A DNA stretch of 64,000 nt from Neoconidiobolus thromboides FSU 785 (GCA_025603075.1 MU626377.1:306-64305), one strand, 5' to 3'. Positions 49,665 through 61,877 are shown, numbered from the stretch's first letter. Made by a program: numbers and translations. The notes: generated by a model not told the origin, from the letters alone.

Positions 49665-50579
49665 AAAATAAAATGCAAGCTTTCATAGCTAAACTTCGAA
49701 ATGGGATTTTTGAAAATTTTAATACAATAGAGAGGAGCACATTATAAATGTTATAATTCATTTGCGTTATTTTAACAACTATTCATAATAACTCAAAGTT
49801 TATGGAATTTTATAATAAAACAAAAAAAAGAAACAAAAATGGTTAAAGTTTATCAATAATGAGAATGTTTTTTTTAACTTCATCGTTTTTTCCATTTTTT
49901 TAAGCGCTATTTAAGCGAAAAGTTAGTAAAATTCTTAAATACAAAAATACATCCCCAATAATAAACTTAAGTAATATATGAAATTAATGCTTACGGGAAG
50001 TAGGAAGCAAAAACCAATAAGTAGCATTGTTATCAATTATAACTTCAGTATGTTCTTTTGATGAATGTAAAAGTTTTAGATTTAACATAAATAGAAACCA
50101 ATATGGTTATTCAAAAATAAGTAATAATAATAAAATAGCAGCATCACAGCCTATTATTAAAAATACAAAAAAAATTAATGACCAAATTGAAACTATTGTA
50201 CAGTATTTACTAAACAGCTCAACTATTTCATCAAGATTTAATAAAAAAATAGTGATAGTAAATATTCATCAGATAATATATATCAAATAAAGTAGAAGAA
50301 TCATATACAGTAAATACTTTGATGGTTTAAAAGGTAAAGCAGTAGCTAGGCCAACATTTTTTAAATATATACCAAATCATTTCAAAAACGCAACAAGAAA
50401 AACAGATTTATGTAATATATATGCCCAGTATACAGTTAGAAGAAAGTTGTTTAAAAATAAAATAAATACAGTAATAAAAAATAAAGCAAAGATAGAAGAA
50501 ATTTCCAATAAAGAAGAAAAGTCATATAAATTACATAAATTCTATATTGGTACTCAAAAAAACATATTTAATGAGACTA
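49665..50579 (+). mobile_element. Repeat family C: decayed DNA-transposon 5' part with transposase-like frame (50027-50579)
   Basis: 5' region aligns with 54877-55292 and the reverse complement of 57849-57940. Frame of ~185 codons with one stop (50288), containing LSII, YLLNSSTISSR, IYSKY, RPTFFKYIP, TDLCNIY. Cut by an LTR at 50580. Confidence 0.55.
49857..49960 (-). mobile_element. MITE family A copy nested in family C
   Basis: GAGAATGT...ACATCCCC, flanked by AATAAT on both sides; absent from the family C copy at 54877. Confidence 0.85.
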
Positions 50580-51045
50580 TGTGAAATCTGGTACTTAGTG
50601 ATTGGAGTCAAAAGCAACTATTACCTGATTGACTACACTGTAAGTTGAAAGGTCTTAGTTTATGTGACTAAGGTAGACTTGAATTATAAAGAATAGCACG
50701 TAATAGATTACAAGCTATATAAGACAAATAGAATAGACAATACTAATGTAAAGTCTATGTAAAATACTATTAAGTAAACTTAGTGGCTTTATCAAGTGTA
50801 GGAGATATCAAGGAATAATTCAGTTAAAAAGCCTCGAGTTACTATGTTCCAGAGTCTCTTTTATACTCCAGCAAGTATGGGTATCAAAATGGGGAGATAA
50901 TGTCCTTCGGAGTCATATTACAGAAATTATCATAGCAAATCAAAATAAGAGTATGGGATTAATTACCTCTGAACTCGAAAGCACAACAACTTAAGTGGTT
51001 GTTATGTTATACTCAATCATAGGGGTGATAAAGCGATATTTCACA
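50580..51045 (+). mobile_element. Solo LTR-like repeat, family B
   Basis: TGTGAAAT...ATTTCACA termini (TG..CA with short inverted repeat), internal CTATATAAG TATA-like box, no matching TSD. Confidence 0.8.
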
Positions 51046-51049
51046 GTTC

Positions 51050-51630
51050 ACAATCTGTTATAATTAGGGGTTTCTTTGTTAATCCAGGTAACTCTTGGTT
51101 GAACTTTCTAAAGTATGGGTTGGGCGATAAACTCTTATACCACCTCCTATGAGCCAAGACCCCCCATTACTATTTTAGGCCAGTAGCGTTTTCAAAGCTG
51201 GTTACTGGAAGACTTGATTCTACACCAAAATTATTTTCATTTTCTGAAGTAACTGATTTTTTCTCTTAGTTAATAAGAGCTTGAGCTTGAGCTTTTAAAT
51301 TGAATATTTTATCTTCTTTTCTTCTAAGAGGAGCCCAAGTTCTTATAGTGATTACTATATTTCCTTCTCTATTAACAGAATTCTATGTTTCTGAAATGGT
51401 TTTTCCGCTAACCATTTTAATAAAGATGCTTCCGCTTATTGCAAAAGTGCTAAGGTTCCTGGTTTAGTATTTTTTTTCTTTTTCATCAGTAGTATTTTGT
51501 TGAGTAGGGACATCTCGATCAGCGGGGCCTCTTCTAGAACGTTTTTATGAAGCTATGAAGGCAAAGAAACCTTTCGATTTTACCAAATTAACACCTTTGC
51601 TAATTTTTGCGTCTTTTTTAGTGAGGCTAT
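51050..51630 (-). pseudogene. Decayed coding sequence of unknown origin
   Basis: More GC-rich than its flanks. Minus-strand frame ...IVITIRTWAPLRRKEDKIFNLKAQAQALIN*...WGVLAHRRWYKSLSPNPYFRKFNQELPGL with sparse stops. Confidence 0.35.
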
Positions 51631-53251
51631 ATTGTAAAACAATAAAATATAAGTTTTAAAGCCTGATTTTTCAACTATATTAACATAAATATTATTAAAC
51701 TCAGGTCGGTATTTTTTACTTTTCGATTATTAGTATATATGCTAATACCAACTTGATATAGCCTAAATATTTAAAATACCAACAGCAACCTGATTTTCTC
51801 CTAATTCCAGACTTATCATATACAGTGCTTAAAAAATTTGTCCCAAAAAGTGAAGGACTAAATTTTGAGTCTCATTTCTTGCTTAAAGGTATAGGTAGAC
51901 AGTTCAAATAAACTCCTATGAATATAGCTATAAGGAGTAATTTGATGACTTTTATCATATATATTTAATAAATTCAAGTCTTTAATTAGCATTAGATTCA
52001 ATAAAGAAAAAGTGGCTTTAAGTGCTTTAAACACAAAGTATTTATTATTTGTAGAATATAATCTGTTGGACTATCATCAAATATTAAATACACAACATCT
52101 GGTTGATTTCATTGTGTGACTGTTTGAAAGAAAACAATCTATAAATAGGGGTTAACGATGATAGCGATAGATAATTCGAGGAATCTCATTTTTTATCGAT
52201 AATTATAAAAACATTATATAGTGTTAAGTCTATTAATTAATTGATAATTGGCTATTATAGTTAATGGCAATTTAACTATACACTATTTGAACGGAATGTT
52301 TTTAATTTTCAAAGTCTCTAAACAGATGCATTTATATCTATTCTATTTCTTTAGTAGCTAACTTACTCAAAATCAGCTTATTTATAATTTAATAATCAAT
52401 ATTTACCAATTTACTATAATATTAATTTTATTATAGTGACAGCAGGCTCAAACTTTATACAATTGAATATTATATATTAATAGTGGAGTAAAAGTCTATA
52501 TAGTTATTAAGTATATGAGAACCAAATTTTTTCTAAGGTATTGTGATAAGATAGTATATATAATACCAAAGAATAGTGTAATTTTTACAATACATATTCT
52601 TTATAAACAATTTCAAAGATGCATATTTTTTCTACGCCTTTATCTTTAATTTGTTGATTGGTTTGTACAATTTTACATTTATGTTTATTTCACTAAAGCT
52701 GTAGCAATAATAAAATTCTATATTGTATAACAGCGGTATTAGCAGTCCATACATATATTGAGAATAAAATTTAGTTGTTAAATCAATATTAAATTGTGTA
52801 TTGTAATAACATTGTTGCTGTAAACTTTCAAACCTTTACTTTTAGATTTAATAAATCCCAATGTTCTAAACAAACACATCTTATGAGCTTTAAAGCAGCT
52901 CATAATCTTTTAACTGTAACCAGCAGATAAATACAACATGGTTGATAGTAATTATTGTGTATTTTCTATGAAATTCTGTATTGAAGGGAAAATAGAGTAT
53001 TTTATTACCAAGCTATAAGCTTATTTTTTTATAGACTTGGATTTTAAATGTATCTATAATATATTAGTAAATTTGTATTATTTAAGTTCTTTTAATAATT
53101 TTCTAGTAGATGCACAAAAAAATTAAACAAGTAGGGGTTCTATATTTAAGAAAATTTAATAATAAACACTAATTCATAACTATTAATAGGATATGGTTAG
53201 GCTTTATAAAAAGGCTTTATTAATTATTTTACAAACATCATAAAATAAAAG

Positions 53252-54325
53252 TTAAATATCATCAACTTTGACTATAGCCTTGCCAAAGTTTCTGCCTTGA
53301 AGCATATCAATAAACGCTCCAGGTAAACTTTCAATACCAAAAGATAAATCTTCTTTATATTGGATTTTACCTTCCTTCAAATAGTTACTAAAAATTTGAT
53401 TAGATTTTGGCCAAAGATCTCTTCTAAAAGCAACACCAAACCCTTGCATTTTAATCCTTTTGCTTAAAATGTTCATAGAATTATGTAAACCATCCCTATT
53501 ATTACTATTATTGTATTGTGAAATCATACCACATACGCTTATACGGCATTCACTGTTAGCTACTTCCAATACTGCATCCAACATTTTCCCACCTACATTA
53601 TCAAAATAAATATCAATCCCATTAGGGCAATGCTGTTTAAGAACTGAAACAAAGTTCTTTTCATTCTTATAATTAAAGGCTGAATCAAACTTTAATTCAT
53701 TTAAAAGGAAGTCGACTTTTTCATCACTGCCTGCAGACCCGACCACATTTAATCCTAATAATTTACTGTACTGCCCAACAATTTGTCCTACAGCACCTGA
53801 AGCTGCTGAAATAAAAATAGTTTCTCCTCTTTTTATAGGTTCACATATAGTGTGCAAACCAACGTAAGCAGTAGCACCTAATATACCCGTGATACTTAAA
53901 TAATAGGATAGCGGTATTTGCGCATTTCTTTCCTTTGGTATAGGCTCCGTTACATTTACATCTACAATAGAGTATTTTGCCCAATCCCCAATAGTTATAA
54001 CAAAATCCCCTACTTCATACTGGTCATTTTTGGATTTTAAAACTTGTGCAATAGCTCCGCTACGGATTGGTGACCCTATCTTAAAAGATGATACTATATT
54101 TTTTGTATCTTCATCTCCCATTCGCCAACGTGTATATGGATCAATGGAAATATACATAATTTTCACTAGAAGCTCTTCGTGGGTTATTTTAATATTATCT
54201 ATATCAATATCCTCATAGACTACTTTGAAGGTTTCATCAACCTTTGGTAGGCCACGTGGAACACTTTGATAAACTACTTTGCTGTTCTTGATCATTGAAT
54301 ATATTATAATTTTTGTGTTTTTCAT
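53252..54325 (-). CDS. NADP-dependent MDR oxidoreductase (prostaglandin/alkenal reductase-like); start may be 54295
   Basis: YISIDPYTRWRM, GATAYVGL, ISAASGAVGQIVGQ, GIDIYFDNVGG, CGMISQYN, GRNFGKAIV. Confidence 0.95.
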   Translation of the reverse strand: MKNTKIIIYSMIKNSKVVYQSVPRGLPKVDETFKVVYEDIDIDNIKITHEELLVKIMYISIDPYTRWRMGDEDTKNIVSSFKIGSPIRSGAIAQVLKSKNDQYEVGDFVITIGDWAKYSIVDVNVTEPIPKERNAQIPLSYYLSITGILGATAYVGLHTICEPIKRGETIFISAASGAVGQIVGQYSKLLGLNVVGSAGSDEKVDFLLNELKFDSAFNYKNEKNFVSVLKQHCPNGIDIYFDNVGGKMLDAVLEVANSECRISVCGMISQYNNSNNRDGLHNSMNILSKRIKMQGFGVAFRRDLWPKSNQIFSNYLKEGKIQYKEDLSFGIESLPGAFIDMLQGRNFGKAIVKVDDI

Positions 54326-54458
54326 TAGTAGCCCTATTTAAATATTATATATCGCCATACTCATTACTAATAATAAAAACATCATTTATTAGTTCTTTAC
54401 ATAATATAACTCTGATTATTAATATCATCGAAAAAGTCAGAGTTAAATTTTTTATTTT

Positions 54459-54531
54459 AGATTCGAATATTTTATGTAAGTCCGAAATTTTCAGATTCGA
54501 ATATTTTATGTAAGTCCGAAATTCTCAGATT
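54459..54531. repeat. 34-bp tandem duplication in the oxidoreductase upstream region
   Basis: AGATTCGAATATTTTATGTAAGTCCGAAATT(T/C)TC at 54459-92 and 54493-526. Confidence 0.92.
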
Positions 54532-54740
54532 TTAATGTTTTTTAAAATAACAATTCTTGTAGTGTTTATTCAATTGAAAGGGTTACAACATCGTTAATAA
54601 AATTTAAGCCATTTATTACTCTTCCAATTTAAACAGATCCATATAATGTATTTTTTATTTAAAAATTCTATTAGCAATTTTTTTAATTATATGTTTTATA
54701 CTATTTTATTGAATGTTTAATAGATATATAATATATAAAT

Positions 54741-54843
54741 ATATGGGGTGTTTTTTTGGCCTCATTACTTTTTCAACTTTTAAGTACTATTTGAGCGGGA
54801 AATTGTTAGTAAAACTCTCAAACACAGAAACATATCCCCATAT
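54741..54843 (-). mobile_element. MITE family A copy
   Basis: Full copy, flanks ATAT/ATAT. Confidence 0.88.
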
Positions 54844-54876
54844 AGTTATATAGTTTATTTTGCTTTATTTTTTATT

Positions 54877-55292
54877 AAAATAAAAGCAAAATCCAAGCTT
54901 TTATAATTAAACTTCAAAATGGAAGTTTAGAATTTTTTAATATAATAAAGAAAAACACACTATACGAACATTGTAATTCATTTATATTAATTTTGACAAC
55001 TATTTATAATAACTCAGAGTTTACGGAATTTTATAATAATAATAAACTTAATCAAGCAACATATAAAATTAATACTTTAAAGAAAACAAGAAACAAAAAT
55101 CAATAGATAATATTATTATCAATTATAACTTCAGTATATTTTTTTGCTAAATGCAGTTTTGAATTTAATGTAGATAGAATTAATATAGTTTTGAATTTAA
55201 TGTAGATAGAAATTAATATAGTTATTCAAAATAATTAACAATAATAAAATATCAAGATTACAACATACTATTAAAATACAAAAAAAATAAAT
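54877..55292 (+). mobile_element. Repeat family C copy 2 (5' part)
   Basis: Aligns with 49665-50180 and contains an internal ~32-bp tandem duplication at 55155-55219. Confidence 0.65.
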
Positions 55293-55320
55293 ATAAATTA
55301 AAACTAAAAATAATAAAAAT

Positions 55321-55426
55321 AAAAGTAAATATTTTTTTTAGTTTTACCACTTTTTTTATTTTTCAAGCACTATTTGAGTAAAAAAGTTATTAATAAAATT
55401 TTTAAACAAAAAACATATTTCTATAT
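55321..55426 (-). mobile_element. MITE family A, degenerate copy
   Basis: Core CAAGCACTATTTGAGT...TAAAATTTTTAAACAAAAAACATATTTCT-ATAT. Confidence 0.6.
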
Positions 55427-55498
55427 ATTATTTGATTCAATAAAATTACTAAATAGTCAACAATTGATATTAATTATACTTTACTTTAAAAACTCACG

Positions 55499-56453
55499 CT
55501 AATTAAAATATGTTTGTCTAATATACTCCTTTAAAGACTCAAACTTAAACCCAGGAAGCAAATAGTTTGAATCCTTTTCAATATAAACATTTCCAAGCTC
55601 GATATCCCTCCCACAATGCGCAAACAAGAGATAGTAAATATCTTCAGCTTTTTCGACAATCAATTTTTCGATTTCTTTCAAATCAATATACTCAATCTCT
55701 AAAGGCTTTTGGCCAACTTCGCCTATTTGTTTTACAATTTCGTTCATGGTTGTGACTTGAGAAGATATATTGACGTGGGCATTCTTGACTTCAGGGAAAT
55801 GATAGGTTTGTGCAATAAAGCTAGCAACATCTCTAATACGAGTTATATTGAGCTTTGTGTTTCCAGAACCTACAATTTTGGCTTTATTGTTAATAACATC
55901 AATACCGAAAAGCTCGCTAGTTATATGCTCATAGAAAAAGCCACAGTTATAGTAAATGTAATTTAAACCAGATTTCTCAAGGTGTTTTCTAATTTCAGCT
56001 TTTGGGGCAGTGAATGGATTGTTGGTTCTAATGGTAGAGTTAGTAAAACTAGAATTAAAATAAAGTTAAACAAAAGTACCCCTCTAATTTACTAAAGAAC
56101 TCAGAAGGTATAAATAAATTGACATTATTTTTAACTGCTGCGTTAAGCAAAACTAAATTGATCTTTACAAAATCAAGACTATTTAGAGCTGACACTACTA
56201 CATCAATTTCTTTTAACGCAGCGTTTAATTCATCTTGGTTATTATAATCAACCTCAACAACTTCAGCACCGCGTTTAATAAACTTCTCTTTTAGTTGTGG
56301 ATTGCTCACTTCACCAGTACTTTTTCTAGTCAATACTTTTAATTTAATCCCCTCAATTTTCAAAAATTCCTCCGTAAGGTTCTGACCAAGGGCTCCAGTG
56401 CCACCAGCAATAGCTACTCTCTTAAGATTGTTTGGGATAGTTGATAAAGTCAT
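55499..56453 (-). CDS. NmrA/isoflavone-reductase-like NAD(P)-binding protein, 2 exons
   Basis: VAIAGGTGALG Rossmann motif, GAEVVEVDY, FIPSEF, CGFFYE, VGSGNTKLNITRIRDVASF. Confidence 0.9.
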
Positions 56454-57168
56454 TTTTGTTTTTTCAAATGTATTTGTTTTAAATTACAAGAATACTAAAT
56501 GGCAGCTTTTATACTTTTTCGTAGCACTGGTAAGATGGTAATATAAGGGTCGGAACCCTTGTGATGTTTCTTATGCTATAGTATTGTATAACATTATTAG
56601 TAATGATGAATTACTTTTAAAATTCAAAGTAATGAGAAGTTTGATTGTTTAATTGAATAAAGGTATGGGGCACTGCTCCTTCCTTATTAGGCTGGCCTAG
56701 TCGGAGTTTTCGCTTAAACTATTTACTAGGACAAAAAGTACGTTAAATTGGTTTTTTTTTTGGATGTAATAATATTCTTTTCGATTGAACTAGCCTAGTA
56801 AAATTGTGATTCTTACTAATATAATGCTGAGAATTAAAAACCTACTGTTTCCTACCGAATTACTCTAACCTAGCTGAAATTTTGGATTTGGTATTACTAA
56901 TCCAATTACATGTACTAACAAAACAACTATTGAATATTGACTAATAATTAATTTTAAAATATTCGAATCTTTATTGATTATTGAAAATCCAGATATTTAA
57001 GTTTATTGGAATTTTAAAAATAGATAGTTTTACTAACATCATCGACTTTTTAAAATTCATGTTTTAATGGTATATTATCAAACAAATACATAGGTTAGCA
57101 TTGTTGAAATTACAAAATATAGAGCAATAATTGGTTTCCAGTTAAAAATAATAAAAGTTTCAAATACC

Positions 57169-57181
57169 ATATGGGGATGTC
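57169..57181. mobile_element. Isolated family A terminus
   Basis: ATAT-GGGGATGT with no internal sequence following. Confidence 0.35.
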
Positions 57182-57384
57182 CAAATTGGTTTTGTTTTTT
57201 ATTTAATTTTTTATTAAAAAGGAAAAGTATCTGATACAGTTCTAAATTATTATATTATAGTTTATATTGTAAATTAGTTGAGTTTCTACTAGACCTAATA
57301 AAAATTGCCATATTAATAAGGCTTTTACTGATATAATATATATTAATATTAATCAAGGTTGTAGTATATAAATAAATACATGGG

Positions 57385-57848
57385 TGTGAAATCTGGTACT
57401 CAGAGTTTGGAGTCAAGGACAGCTATTGTTGGATTGACTACACTATAAGTCGAAAGGTCTTAGTTTATGTGACTAAGATAGACTTGGATTATGAGGAATA
57501 GCACGTAATAGGTTACAAGCTATATAAGACAAATAGAATAGACAATACTAATGTAAAATCTATGTAAGATACTATTAAGAAAACTTAGTGGGTTTATTAA
57601 ATGTTCGAGATATCAAGGAATAATTCAGTTAAAAAGCCTCGAACTACTATACTCTGTAAACTCTTTTATACTCTGAAAAGTATAAATATCAAAATGAGAG
57701 GATAATATTCTTTGGGATGGAGCTAGAAATTCTCATAGCAAATCAAACTAAGAACGTGGGATTGATTTTCTCTGAACTCAAGAACATAATAGCTTAGGCG
57801 ATTGTTATGCTATAATTAACCATGAAGCTGACAAAGCGATATTTCACA
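57385..57848 (+). mobile_element. Solo LTR-like repeat, family B
   Basis: TGTGAAAT...ATTTCACA, collinear with 50580-51045, no matching TSD. Confidence 0.8.
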
Positions 57849-57940
57849 GTTTATATTGTGTACTCTTCCCTATTGTATTGAAATTTTCAAAAATTCCATT
57901 TCGAAGTTTAGTTATGAAAGTTTTCATTTTGCTTTTATTT
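57849..57940 (-). mobile_element. Repeat family C fragment abutting LTR
   Basis: CTATTGTATTGAAATTTTCAAAAATTCCATTTCGAAGTTTAGTTATGAAAG matches the reverse complement of 49665-49750. Confidence 0.65.
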
Positions 57941-58533
57941 CAACAAAAAATAAAGTCAAATAACTATATTTATATAATTATATAATCATATAGTTATATA
58001 TTATATATCTATTAAATATTTAACAGAAATAGTATATTTCTAAGTAAATTCTGAAACCAATTCGGGCAACCCCAATATCCTTATATTATTTTAGTTAATT
58101 TAATCCAAAGTATTAGGTTTACCTTCTATTTGTTTAGATACACTTGAAAACTTATCTTTTTCATCGGCCAAGCATTGGACTTACCTTGCCTTTATATTGA
58201 TTTATCAGTTAGTATAGCAATGGGCTTAGGGGCTTGAAAGTCTTTATTATTTTTATATGATACTATCAGACTTACTTTTTATTTTGCTGTTCAAGGTATT
58301 TTTTAATTTTTACATATTAATTTAATGAATCATTCATTTTATTGTGTCAGTTTAATTAATTTGGATACTTAAGAGTGATTTGTTTATTAAATGTTTAGTT
58401 TTAACTTCAATTAAGATTAGAGAATAATTCAATATAAGATAATATTTTCTATTATTTATTTAAAGTTTTAAAAGAGAAGGGCATAAAATATCGTCAATAA
58501 CTTTAATGAACCAAATATCAAATAAAAGTCAAC

Positions 58534-60224
58534 TTAATTTTCACAAAGTTCTAATCGTTTTTTAGCGTCAGCAAATAATTGATCCCAATTAGAAAACATA
58601 ACAAAATAAAATAAAGCAAAAGAAGTACCAAAAAGAGCAATACAAATACCATACCACATACCAAATAATCCATATTTTAAATAAAAAGCTAATACAATAC
58701 TAATTGGTATAGCTACACAATACCAAGATAATAAATTCACTATACCACCTATCTTTTGTCTACCTTGACCTCTTAATATACCACTACAACAACACGCTAC
58801 ACTATCAAATACCTAATAACAACACATTAGTATTAATAACATTAATATTGTATTTAAAATTAAACTTACATGATATACACAAGTGAATGGAATTAAAACG
58901 ATTAATATATCTTTCAATTCTTTAACATTAGTAAATAAAGAAGCAAATTGATGTCTAAATGTAAATAAAAACAAAGAATTAAAGATTGGTACAGTAACGG
59001 ATAATAATATAGAACATGAAGAAGTTAATTTGGCCCTATTAACATGGTGTGCACCTAATAAATTACCAATTCGATTACTAGCAACAATACCAATTGATAA
59101 GGAATAAGCATATAACATTGAATCAATATTAAGTGCTATAAAATGTGCTGCAAGTGAATCCTCACCTATAAAATAATAATTTAATTTAATTTAGTCTATT
59201 TTTATATTTTGTATTTCAACAATAATAATGATAAATAAATAAGTAAATAAAATATTACCTAAATAACTAACAGTTAAAGATATTAAACTCCAAGCCCACC
59301 ATTCAGAACATAACATTAATATACCATTTAAACCCAAATTAATATAAATTGAAAAATTAGTTAAACAATCTTTCGTCCATCCACCCCAGCACTCCAAACC
59401 TTCAACATAATAAATATATATCATCATGGATAAAAAAGTAATCCAATTAGAAAATACAATTGTAAACGGAGCGCCAATAAAACCAATTGATGTAGTTGGA
59501 TGCCACATTAAAAAATAATTTACAATAATAGTAATTGGTACAGTTAATAGAAATACCCAAGTTTGAGCTCGCATAATTTCTAAAATAAAAAAGATTAAAT
59601 ATTAAATATTATGCTATTATATTACACTATGAAAAATGACTTACTTTGAGCTTGTAAGTACTTTTTCAAGCATTCAAATAAAATATAAGGTGGAAAACCT
59701 AAGATCATAATTCTTAAATAAATACTTGATAACTTAGCCACTTCTGGAGTTTGTTGTAAAAATAATAATAGTGATTCAGAGAACCACCAAACAGTAAAAA
59801 TTGGGATAGTCATCATCATTTGAATAACGATTCCTCTTTGTAAATGAACTCCTACTTGTTTTTTATCACTAGCTCCTGTAAATGCTTGAGAACATAATGT
59901 ATCTAATGCGGTTGCCATACCTAGACTAATTGAATTTCCTGTTGTATTTGCTAAAGTGGCTCCTAATGCAACTGCACTTATTTCAATAGCTCCGTATTGA
60001 CTCATACTATATAAATTAATAGTTGGTATACTAAATTGAATAAAAGTAGATAATATAATTGGTATTGCCGATGTAATTAAATAAATTAATTCATTAACAA
60101 TAGCTCTATAATGATAAATAAAAACTAAATCATGTTCTTCATTCTTAATACATTCTGCTAACAACAGACTATTTTCACTTGTCCCTTCTTCTATTGTATT
60201 AAAACTGTCACTTTTTTTATCCAT
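58534..60224 (-). CDS. MATE family efflux transporter, multi-exon
   Basis: LGMATALDTLCSQAF, LKKYLQAQ, SEWWAW, NRIGNLLG, GILRGQGRQKIG. Confidence 0.93.
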
Positions 60225-61004
60225 GAATTATTTGTTGTTAGGAATTCTATTTATTTTTTATAAAGAAGATAAGCTCAAATTTCATTCTTAATTTATAGAT
60301 AGAACAATTTAGGTATAGCGCAGCAATTCTCATAATTACCGACTTTTTAACGCAAATGGGATAGTTTTAATTCATAAGTAATTGTGACTCGAAATTCAAT
60401 TAAAGTATTAGAATATTAATTCTTGACTCAAAAGAAATCATATACTATAAAGTAAAAGAGATGAATGTTTCATCGCTATTATATCTATAGTATGTCTTAT
60501 ATGCATCCTTAGCACCTTCTTTGAGTTAAAGAGGATTTAGAATGAGACATTTATTTACAAAAATAGTAAGAATAAAAGCTGCGACAAAATTAGATGCGAA
60601 ACTTTGCAAATTTAAAAAAACTGGAATTTAAAATAAAAATAATTTAAAAACTATAAAAATCAGATGAGAAACTTTGCAATTTTAATTACTAATTCAGAGC
60701 TTAATATTCTACTCATTTAAACTAACAAAAAGATTAAGGATCATGAGTTTTAGTTGATAAAGGAGCTTAAAGATTAAAATTATATTGCTTTTCATACAAT
60801 GATTGAATGATTTTCTTTGTAAAAATTATTATTAAAAAGTTATCAAAAATAACGATTTTCATTGTCTTTAAAATATCCGATGCTTTGTTTTCTTCAAGCT
60901 TTTATGACTTATCATTAATATTATTTAATTAACTAATATTTATTATACCTCAAAGATCTTTTGTGATATACTTGACTCGAAGTTTTAACTTATTAGTTAC
61001 TTTG

Positions 61005-61082
61005 GAATTTTACTAACAGCCTTTTCGTTCAAATAGCGCCTAAAAAATGGAAAGAGTGATAACCAAAAAAACATCCTCTAAT
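61005..61082 (+). mobile_element. MITE family A, 5'-truncated copy
   Basis: GAATTTTACTAACAG...AAATAGCGCCTAAAAAATGG...ACATCCTC. Confidence 0.7.
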
Positions 61083-61419
61083 TTAAAAATTTTCATTTAA
61101 ATTTACTATAAAATTTTTTATTTATTAACTACAAAAAACATTGTTTTATATTTTAATGCCTGTATCTAATATTTATAGTATTTTAATTCAATATATAAAG
61201 AAACTTTTCAGAATAATGACTTTTTCAAAAAATTTTGCTGAATTTAATAAACTTATTTTTATCTTTATTTTATAGTTTTTATATAACTTAATTATTGCAT
61301 ATTATTTTTTTATTTATAAGTTTATTTTAATCATCAAAATTATTTTTTTTTGATTTATCATAAACAATTGATTAAAAAGCTTTTATAATCTTTTTAAGTA
61401 TTAGATTTTATATAATAAT

Positions 61420-61840
61420 CATCGGATCTCATACCCAATGACTGGAGTCAAAAACAGCTATTGTCTGATTGACTTACATTGTAGGTCGAAAGATCTTAGT
61501 TTGTGACTAAGATAGACTTGGATTATGAAAAATAATACGTAATAAGCTACGGAATATGTAAGACAAATAGAATAGACAATACTAATGTAAAATCTACGTA
61601 AAATATTATTAAGTAAACTTAGTGGCTTTGTTAAGTGTTCAAGACATCAAGGAATAATTCAGTTAAAAAGCCCAGAGCTATTTATCTTTTAGAAGTTCTT
61701 TTATACTTCGATAAGTATAGGTACCAAAACATGGAGATAATATTCTTTAGGACGAAGACACAAATTCTTATAGCAAATCAAACTAAAAGTATGAAATTGA
61801 TTGCCTCTGAATTCAAGAACTCAACAACTTAAGTGATATT
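61420..61840 (+). mobile_element. LTR-like family B copy, 3'-truncated by a MITE
   Basis: Aligns with 50580-51010, 5' end decayed, stops at the MITE terminus at 61845. Confidence 0.75.
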
Positions 61841-61877
61841 ATACGGGGATGTATTTTTGTGTTTAAGAATTTTACTA
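61841..61877 (+). mobile_element. MITE family A, 3'-truncated copy nested in LTR
   Basis: ATAC-GGGGATGTATTTTTGTGTTTAAGAATTTTACTA. Confidence 0.8.

Noticed and set aside
52880-52904. Hairpin TTATGAGCT-N7-AGCTCATAA
   Set aside because: Single short stem with no associated gene end or repeat family.
17888-54218. Antisense or overlapping ORFs (17888-18178, 19815-20003, 26165-26540, 35561-35824, 42055-42384, 43601-43795, 44377-44592, 54030-54218, 55567-55966)
   Set aside because: They are shadows of well-supported genes or of a tandem repeat, with no independent motifs.
61635-61832. ORF 61635-61832
   Set aside because: Lies entirely inside an LTR-like family B copy and is not open in the other copies.
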